A stretch of DNA of 64,000 nt, taken from Chrysomallon squamiferum. Lineage: Eukaryota; Animalia; Mollusca. Shown in pieces: positions 56,565-64,000 of this stretch. The translations under genes were made by a program, and so were the position numbers. Below the pieces are notes generated by a model, which made no database searches, had not been told where the DNA came from, and saw nothing but the letters and a program-made list of their open reading frames with translations. The stretch lies in assembly GCA_012295275.1 (NCBI GenBank), contig CM022672.1, positions 32,922,001 to 32,986,000 of the forward strand. Direction: 5' to 3'. Positions within the stretch are counted from its first letter, which is position 1, and every line of letters starts with the position of its first letter.

Positions 56565-56866
56565 AACTACAATTTTTACACATTTTGTAACTAAGAAAAT
56601 GTTAAAAAACTAAATCATTTTCAAGAACACAGCAACTTAAAAAAAATCATTCAAAAAGATTTTACAGATGATAATCTTTTGTTCAGAGCTTCACTATCAT
56701 TAAAACTGCTTCATAAAAAAAATATTAAAAAAAAATTAAAATAAAAATTCTGGAAATGGCAATTTTATATGTCTAGTATTTAAAATCCATAAACCACCAA
56801 CATGTGTAAATCTTATCAAGATTTTGCAAATAATGAGACATTTTGTATTATAAAGATGTGTGGTGA

Positions 56867-56935
56867 TTTGCCATCAGATCAGATAAATAATCACAGAATT
56901 CATTTGTCCCTATCTTTATCATCATCATTGGCAAA
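56867..56935 (-). ncRNA. SNORD74: C/D snoRNA SNORD74-like, copy a
   Basis: tttgcca ATGATGA tgataa AGATAGGGACA a ATGA ... CTGA tggcaaa, with a perfect 7-bp terminal stem. Confidence 0.87.
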
Positions 56936-57279
56936 AACCACAATTTTTAAACATTTTGTAACATTAAGAAATTATTAATCAGCAAATAATGATTTTTAAA
57001 TTCTTAAATCCAGTAATATACAGTTTACCAGACCACAACTAATTATCAAGCTGGTTACCCATTTACTGGCATGTTCAATTATAAATATTATAAATTTTGT
57101 GATAATTTGACATACATACATACATACACATACACATATATACATACACACACACCAACAGATATTTAGTAATATGCATCCTTTTCTCACCAGCTTCCTC
57201 ACATACAAGTTTAAAAAAGTTTTCAATTTAAAAATGAATTTAAGGGAATTTATAAATATTTTTCTGATTATTAAAAACA

Positions 57280-57363
57280 GACAATGGATCAGAAATGGAA
57301 CGGAAACTGTTGATATCACTGAACTTTCATTTGGCAGAATCAATGTTCATCATATCCATTGTC
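57280..57363 (-). ncRNA. SNORD47: C/D snoRNA SNORD47 (U47)-like, copy 1
   Basis: gacaatggat ATGATGA acatt GATTCTGCCAA ATGA ... TCCGTTCCAT tt CTGA tccattgtc, with a long terminal stem. Confidence 0.9.
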
Positions 57364-57905
57364 ATCAATCAGAAAAATACCCCCCCCTCGTCATTAAGAT
57401 ACATACCTTATATTTGTATTAACTGGATGAAAAGGGCAAAATCTGTATTGACGAGTGAAAAATTGGTTTTAATATAAAGATACAAACCATATTAACCAAA
57501 ATTTTAATAAAGACCCCAAAATATTACCATTTGTAGATACATACTGATTTCAGTCTGCTTGGAAAGCAATTGTAGATTTTGTTAGTCTGAAATCAAACGA
57601 ATTAAAAGAATACATTTTTGGATTAATTTTAACTAACTCAGAACAAATTGTAAAAAAAAAAAAAAAAAAGTAAAAATAAAAGAAATAAAAGCAAAATTTA
57701 GAAAGTTTATCTAACCAAAACGAGGTATGCTGCAGTAAAAGATTATTTAAATGGATTATTTAAAAAAAAAAAAAAAAAAAAAAAATATTTACACTTGTAA
57801 ATTCTACTTTCAATGATTAAGCATCATAAAGGGACACAACTGAAGTTTTTTTGCAAGATATGAAAAGATAACCTGTATATTTATCACTGAAATAATTATA
57901 GTTCA

Positions 57906-57980
57906 CAGTAATCCTCAGGTACTAAATTATCAACAAAGAACTTCAGTGAGAGAGTTCAATTATTTCATCATTGGATACTG
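57906..57980 (-). ncRNA. SNORD81: C/D snoRNA SNORD81 (U81)-like
   Basis: cagtatcca ATGATGA aataa TTGAACTCTCTCA CTGA ... CTGA ggattactg. Guide plus D' matches human U81 UUGAACUCUCUCACUGA and is antisense to 28S GAGAGAGTTCAA. Confidence 0.9.
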
Positions 57981-58320
57981 CACGCTTAAAAAATCACTAT
58001 TCACATTCAAGAAATTATTAAAATATCAGATGGTTATATTGCATTTAATAAATCACATATACAACAAAAAATACAAGCGAACATCACATACCTAGCAACT
58101 CAACCCAAACTTCAAGATTTAAATGTTCAAATCTGAAATGAAAATAAACAGTTAAAAGTCAAATATATCATAAATGAATTGTTTGTTTTAAAATTAACAT
58201 TTGTGCATTTTCACTGTGGACAACCTCTGATTTTATTACTTTTCCTCCCCTTTTTAAAAACCAATGTGAAGGGAGATAAACAATTAAATCAAAAATATTT
58301 TACTTTCATCAAGTTTTCCT

Positions 58321-58372
58321 TGAGTCAGATTCTCATCAACAATCTACAGCTGAACTATGGAATCATCACTCA
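58321..58372 (-). ncRNA. Short single-guide SNORD80/SNORD77-like C/D snoRNA (D-box guide deleted)
   Basis: tga GTGATGA ttc CATAGTTCAG ctgt agattg TTGATGA gaat CTGA ctca. It lacks the TTCGCCCCTAT guide found in neighbouring copies. Confidence 0.6.
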
Positions 58373-58837
58373 CCGTAAAAACATGAGGAAAGATTGTAAA
58401 ATAAAATTCAGATAATATTTTCTAATCATTTTCTAATTCAATAACTATAAAACAAACAGTATTAAAGTGAGCATGCAAACAAATACTGAAAAATCTAAAT
58501 TAATTTTTCGTAACTGAATTAGTAATATTGAAATTTCATATTAACACTTTTTAATTTTATTTATAACAAGTGGGTTTAAACCAGTGATTATAATTTTGAA
58601 CAGCAACACACAACTCAAAATATTCTATTAAAATATATAATAGAATTTATCTTCTATATATAATCAAGAGGCTCCAAACAACAAAGCAAATTATTTAAAA
58701 ATGTAATACTGCATATCACCATTCATACCATTATTGTGTTTATAGTAGTGGAATTTCAGAAGTTGAACCAAATTTTTCTTCAGCGGGGAAATTATCTTAA
58801 ACATGTTATAAAAACTGCTAAACATTAAAAATGAAAA

Positions 58838-58916
58838 TTTGCTGGTGTCAGATAGGAGCGAAAAAATGTTCATCATCTTTGTACAGTTGAACTATGTAAT
58901 CATCATTCACAGCAAA
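58838..58916 (-). ncRNA. SNORD80: C/D snoRNA SNORD80 (U80)-like, copy d
   Basis: gctgtga ATGATGA tt ACATAGTTCA actgt acaaag ATGATGA acattt TTTCGCTCCTAT CTGA caccagc. Both guides match human U80 (ACAUAGUUCA and UUUCGCUCCUAUCUGA). Confidence 0.9.
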
Positions 58917-59543
58917 AATTCTGAATTGTATACAGATACGAAACAGTAGAATATGTCTTAAATAATTACCCATTATTGTGATATGGTATAGCTTACATCT
59001 AGCCTCAGAGAATCTGTATTCAATATACCACAGCTGTATAATTAAAAAAAAACAAAATCATTCACAGCAATACAAGATCAAAGTGTTTAAAAAAGAAAAT
59101 ATTAATTGTGTAAAACTGCTAACTATAAAACCAGCAAACAAATATTTAAAAATTAAAAATTATTTTTCTTTTGTTTAAGTAACTGAATTACTAATATCTC
59201 ATAAACTATTAACATTGTTCATCCTATTTCCAACAAGTTTTTAAAAAATCTTCTACAGCAACACACAACTCAAAATATTTTAACATACACAGAATAAAAT
59301 GTATCTACTATATAGACAAGGGGCTCCACCTGTAACAGGGAACACAAAAATAAAGAACTGCTTTATACCCATATATCATTAAACTAAATATAAAACAAAG
59401 TATTTAAAAATGTAGCACTGCACATCACCATTCATAACAGGATTATGTTTACAGTGGTGGAATTTCAGAAGTGGCACCAAATTTTTCTTCAGTGGAAAAG
59501 TAACAAACATGTTATAAAAACTGTTAAACATTAAAAATGAAAA

Positions 59544-59623
59544 TTTGCTGCTGTCAGATAGGGGCGAAAAAAATTTTCATCAACTTTGTACAGTTGAACT
59601 ATGTAATCATCATTCACAGCAAA
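59544..59623 (-). ncRNA. SNORD80: C/D snoRNA SNORD80-like, copy c
   Basis: Same layout with guide TTTCGCCCCTAT CTGA (antisense to 28S ATAGGGGCGAAA) and ACATAGTTCA. Confidence 0.88.
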
Positions 59624-60007
59624 AATTCTGAATTTTATACAGATATGTAACAGTAGAAAATGTCTTAAATAGTTACCCATTATTGCGATATGGTACAGCT
59701 TCCACCTGGCTTTGAAGAAACTATTCAAAATACCACACCTGTATAATAAAAAAATAAATTTATTAACAGCAAAACAAGATGAAAGTGTTTAAAAAAGAAA
59801 ATATTGTGTAAAACTGTTAACTATAAAACCAGCAGTATTAAAGTGAGCATGCAAACAAATATTTAAAAATAAGTTTTGTTTTGTTCCAGTGACTGAATTA
59901 CTAATATTTCATATGCTATTAACATTTTTCAGCCTATTTCTAGCAAGTTCTTAAACCAGTGAAAAATAACCATGGCATTAAAATTGGTTAAACATTAAAA
60001 ACGAAAA

Positions 60008-60080
60008 TTTGCTGCTGGTGTCAGATAGGGGCGAAAAAAATGTTCATCAACTTTGTACAGTTGATCTATGTAATCATCAG
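60008..60080 (-). ncRNA. SNORD80-like copy b, probably degenerate
   Basis: D guide is intact, but the 5' stem arm is lost, box C reads CTGATGA, and the D' guide is mutated (CATAGATCAA). Confidence 0.55.
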
Positions 60081-60247
60081 TAACTGTATTCAAAATACCA
60101 TACCCATTATTGTGATATTAAAAAACTTTTAAAAAAATTTTTAAAATTTAAAAATAAAACAAAAATGGAGAATATGCTTTTAACATGTATCTTGTGATTT
60201 CTGCATTTGTCTGTCTATTAAGTTAAAAAATCAGTAGTTTTAAATTG

Positions 60248-60324
60248 TTTGCTAGTGTCAGATAGGGGCGAAGATTTTCATCAACAACATACAGCTGAAC
60301 TATGGAATCATCATTCACAGCAAA
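60248..60324 (-). ncRNA. SNORD80: C/D snoRNA SNORD80-like, copy a
   Basis: gctgtga ATGATGA ttc CATAGTTCAG ctgt ... TTGATGA aaatc TTCGCCCCTAT CTGA cactagc. Confidence 0.88.
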
Positions 60325-60759
60325 ATAGAGAACTACATGTTTAAAATGTTTCATTTCACGCCCTTTTTCTTCTGTATATAATATAATACGATATATGATA
60401 TGATACAATACAAGCCAATATAATGTAAGGCATTATAACAAAACAAATCTATTTTTGTATACTAATCATGAACAACAATCTTACAAAAATTACATATCAG
60501 TTACATGCAATGAGTTTCCTACACAATTTAGCTGAACTGAAATCTTTCATAGCAATAAAAAAAAACAAAAAAATAAAGGAAACCTTAACATTTGCATTTT
60601 TATCAAATAAGGTTAGAAGTTTTTAATAAAGATTGAAAAAATTCATGTATTATTAACAACACAATTCACTGTAAACTACAGTGGATCATATTGTGATTTT
60701 TTAAACGATTACTTTCAAAATAGCATTTAAAATTTAACAACTTTACATTTCTCTTTCAG

Positions 60760-60830
60760 CTTGCCTCAGTTAAACATTCTCATCATTCAGTAGTCAAGAG
60801 TAGCAAATATAATTTGACATCACTGGCAAG
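60760..60830 (-). ncRNA. SNORD76: C/D snoRNA SNORD76 (U76)-like
   Basis: cttgcca GTGATGT caaatta TATTTGCTACTC TTGA ctactga ATGATGA gaatgtttaa CTGA ggcaag. Matches human U76 UAUUUGCUACUCUUGA and its 3' UAACUGAGGC. Confidence 0.88.
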
Positions 60831-61292
60831 AATCTGACACACAGCCTTTTGTGAGAGTTGCTCTTATTTAATATACATTGTAACTCCATCTTATAATTGT
60901 TAATCTGTTACTTTAGCTTAATTGCAAACATTTGTTCCGAAATTATCTACAATTAGAAATTTAAAAATGACTTTTCTTTGAATTTAAACCCACCAGTTAT
61001 ATTACCTACAGAAATAACCATAGAAAAGTTTAAAAAAAAGAAAAAAAAAAGTGTTTATAATCAAAATAAGAATAAAATATCTAAAATGCTGTACATTTTC
61101 TAAACCTTTTTCAGGCATCTTTAAACAAAAGAAATTTACATACTAAAAATATTGTATTATATTCATTTCAACAGAAAACGTCCTATATTCAAGCCTACCA
61201 TTTTATCCTTATAAATTTATTTAAAATAACAACTTGAAATTAATATGGCTGTATCCCCCAATTTTGAGCTAGCAATTTATTTACCCTTGAGA

Positions 61293-61361
61293 CAGTATCA
61301 GAACAGATAGTGCTATCTACATTAATTTCAGAGAGATTCCCATGTTTGTCATCACATACTG
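61293..61361 (-). ncRNA. SNORD79: C/D snoRNA SNORD79 (U79)-like
   Basis: cagtat GTGATGA caaac ATGGGAATCTCT CTGA ... CTGA tactg. Guide plus D' matches human U79 AUGGGAAUCUCUCUGA and is antisense to 28S GAGATTCCCA. Confidence 0.9.
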
Positions 61362-61728
61362 CCTCAACTAAAAGAAATGTTACGATAGTAAAACATTTTT
61401 ATTTATACTGGACTCTTCACTGTAGAGTTGTATAGTAGATTGAAAAAACTACACCAAAAAAAAAAAAAAATATATTAATAAAATTCTTTAAAAACTATTC
61501 ACCAAAAAATGTATTTATTACTGGATCTTTTTCACAGTAGAGTAGTATAGTAAGGGGAAAAAAAAAAAAAGAAATATCAATAAAATTTTCACCAATTATT
61601 TCTGTACAGGTAGACACATTTTCTGAACTGATCCGTCAGGCTTTCTGAAAAATAATTAGAAAATGCAATCATTAAAGTGTTTTGAATTTGTTTTCATTGC
61701 AAAGTAATTTATATCATATCTGTAATAA

Positions 61729-61803
61729 ACCCAGATCAGTATACGAATACAGAATTGATCATTCACGACTCATGGGTAAAACAAATGTTCATCATTTCTG
61801 GGT
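61729..61803 (-). ncRNA. C/D snoRNA with SNORD41-related guide shifted by 2 nt
   Basis: acccagaa ATGATGA acatttgttttaccc ATGA ... TCTGTATTCGTA ta CTGA tctgggt. 7-bp terminal stem; the guide is antisense to 28S TACGAATACAGA. Confidence 0.82.
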
Positions 61804-62780
61804 CACACTTTTCATCTGTCCCAATCGGCAAACATGTTAAACGCTGGACTCAAAACACAAGTCTGACATGTTTGGTAGCCCAAACAAAAATATTCATTTT
61901 TCACCTTTCTTAGTGAAGGAAAAGGTGTAGGCTGACAAGATTGCATTTAAAAAAATGTAACAATTTCATATAACTTATCAGTAGGCACCAAATTAACTAG
62001 CCAATCAAATAATTTTAAAGAGGAAAAAACTCTGCAAATGTATTTTAAACCATTTTTTATAAATGACAGGGAAATGTACTGATTTAAACTGTCATCTTTA
62101 TTAAGTTAAAAAATATGACTTGGGATTGGCACAAAGAGCTGATTTTGACTAATTGCCCCAGTCTAGTAAACTTGTACATGGGCTTTTTTTTTTTTTTTAA
62201 AATGACTTTTTAAAAATATACAACCTGCAAGTTGAAAATACTGGAGGATTCTGTCCAACGATCAAATGACTACACTTTATCACTGTTATTACCATTCAAA
62301 TTATATTTATTTGTAAATCACTGGGGTAAAACTAGTTTTATAAACACAAAGGACTGAATCAATTTATGGCAAGGAAACAAATGTTTTAAATGACCCTGCC
62401 AACTATTCCAGTTTCAACCAGACATAACAGGCTTTCTTTGTTCCTCTGAGCCACAGCTTGTTTATATATGTAATCAAATTAAATTGAAGTGGATATCATA
62501 AATGACTGTACACAATTATATACAATAAAGATTTTAATTAAAAAAGCAAAGTAGGTCTAAAACTTGAAACAGGCTGCAGGAATCATGAACAAAAGTAAGA
62601 ATATTTATTTTTTAATTACTTTTGTCACTTACAGCATGAATGTGCTAGAAAAACTATCAATGATTTACGTATTCATGACACTGGCTTGCTGAACTTTTCA
62701 TATTTAAAAAATGTTACTTTGTACATGTCTAAGAGAAAAGTGACCTCTTCTGACTGTTCTAGCCTAGTGCAATCCTTTTG

Positions 62781-62858
62781 ACTTAGATCAGACAGTACGA
62801 ATACAACATTGTAGTCAATCAGTATTCTTGGATGTTTTTTTGATCATCATATCCAAGT
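62781..62858 (-). ncRNA. SNORD41: C/D snoRNA SNORD41 (U41)-like
   Basis: acttggat ATGATGA tcaaaaaaac ATCCAAGAAT a CTGA ... GTATTCGTACTG t CTGA tctaagt. The D guide matches human U41 GUAUUCGUACUG. Confidence 0.85.
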
Positions 62859-63263
62859 CATTAACAATTAATTAATTTCATGTCTCTGCTATTAATGCTA
62901 AACTGGGAAGGGAACTAATCAAAATGATTCAGATTTAAAGATATTTAAAAGACTACTTCATCATTTTCAAGCTTTATTCCATTTGTTAACTACTTAAAGC
63001 TGTGCGAACAATAAATTCATTAGACTTTCATTAATGATCTTAAATTTAAAATATTAGGTATGGAGAAATTGGTTTTGTTTCTTCTTTTAATTTAAATTAA
63101 AACAATACTATATATATATATATATATTAAATTTCTATAAAATCAGATATTGACTGGTAGTTGAAAGGAACAGTACTTTACTCAACAGTTTATAAAAATT
63201 CCTACAAAGGTATGGTGTAACTATAACTATTTAATAGCATAGCCTATACATTCCTTTTGTTGC

Positions 63264-63390
63264 AAATGTAACTTTCAGGATTTGTATGGTCACGACAAAA
63301 CCAGAATTGGGGACACTTGGCATTAATATACCTTCTGATTATATTGCTTAGGTTATATAGACGCCTAAACAAATAAAAAGTCAAAAGGTT
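63264..63390 (-). ncRNA. Candidate H/ACA snoRNA
   Basis: Minus strand: 9-bp lower stem ACCTTTTGA/TCAGAAGGT, upper stem TTGTTTAGG/CCTAAGCAA, H-box ATATTA (ANANNA) about 14 nt after the upper stem, a second weaker hairpin, then ACA-TTT. Confidence 0.5.
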
Positions 63391-63810
63391 AATGTAAATG
63401 AACTAGTGTTACTACGTATTCCTGTATTACAACAGATTCAAATGTATTTTTCAAACAGGAAATCTTTTGAAATGTTAAAATTCTTCTGCCTACTGCAGTT
63501 TTGCTTGCAGTTAGCTTTGAAAATAACACGTGGTCAGTGAAACAAAGTATTAACTAACATTTTATCTTAACTTTTTAAAAATTATACAAACAAACGAGAA
63601 GTAACACATTTATTATTCAGTTTATCTCCCCGGAAAAGTTTAAATTAAATTTAAAAAATCTTATACTGATGTAACCTAAGCAAAAAAACCCAACAAAAAT
63701 GAAAAAATATGAAAACATAATACTCTGAATCTGTAGTACATGTTACATTAATGTTAGTACTGTGTAATAGTTCAGATTGCAACGGATAATTTTGACTCGC
63801 CAAACCTCAC

Positions 63811-63900
63811 ACTGCTTTCTCGCCCTGTTTATCTCAGAAATAAACCGGAAGCCAATTTCGAGTCACGTGACTTGTTTTGCCGGTGCGTTTTTCACGTTAA
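63811..63900 (-). promoter_or_regulatory. Promoter and first exon of the snoRNA host gene
   Basis: CpG patch with ETS CCGGAAG (63845-63851), palindromic E-box AGTCACGTGACT (63861-63872), pyrimidine-rich minus-strand start (CTTCCGGTTTATTTCT) and donor CAGT|GTGAGG at 63810. Confidence 0.55.
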
Positions 63901-64000
63901 TTAGAAAGATTAATAAATTAAAAATAAAAATAATATTGAAAACCTATCAACAGTTTACAAGTCATCTGACCTACTGATAATAAATACGAACCATCGTTCT

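Larger units (their letters stand above)
54325..63850 (-). ncRNA. Spliced non-coding multi-snoRNA host gene (GAS5-like)
   Basis: No credible protein ORF over 9.5 kb. Short AG/GT-bounded exon candidates on minus (56109-56036, ~57586-57528, 54593-54541, last exon from 54409). AATAAA on minus at 54344-54349, CpG promoter at ~63810-63900, and about 15 same-strand C/D snoRNAs between them. Confidence 0.75.

Noticed and set aside
55585-60408. Short ORFs in the 55-60 kb region (e.g. FAVNDDYIVQLY repeats) as a repeated peptide gene
   Set aside because: The repeated 'peptides' are translations of snoRNA boxes and guides (ATGATGA, CATAGTTCA); the frames are not conserved between copies.

Overview
Very AT-rich, microsatellite-laden animal genomic DNA with spliceosomal introns. 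The aplycalcin-like N-terminus of the calcium-sensor gene suggests a mollusc, which is an inference. From left to right: a ~63-bp satellite (1-~2300); a divergent promoter pair (~3540 minus, ~4710 plus); two tandem 7-coding-exon POFUT1 (protein O-fucosyltransferase 1) paralogues on +, with copy A intact (380 aa, RDEL) and copy B (HDEL) showing mosaic divergence and an apparent 1-nt frameshift in exon 4; a 7-exon NCS-1/frequenin/aplycalcin-like gene on - (189 aa) with a GC-rich intronless 249-aa ORF nested in its 11-kb intron 3; a local duplication that lacks NCS exon 1; decayed virus/helicase-like ORF fragments (~48.2-50.3 kb). The main result lies in the ORF-free 54.3-63.9 kb. It is a minus-strand non-coding snoRNA host gene carrying about 15 C/D-box snoRNAs whose guides match the vertebrate GAS5 set (SNORD74, 47, 76, 79, 80/77, 81) plus SNORD41-like RNAs and a probable H/ACA RNA. 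Several are tandemly amplified and show guide loss or guide shifting. Family assignments come from recalled human snoRNA and 28S rRNA sequences and need confirmation with Infernal/Rfam.
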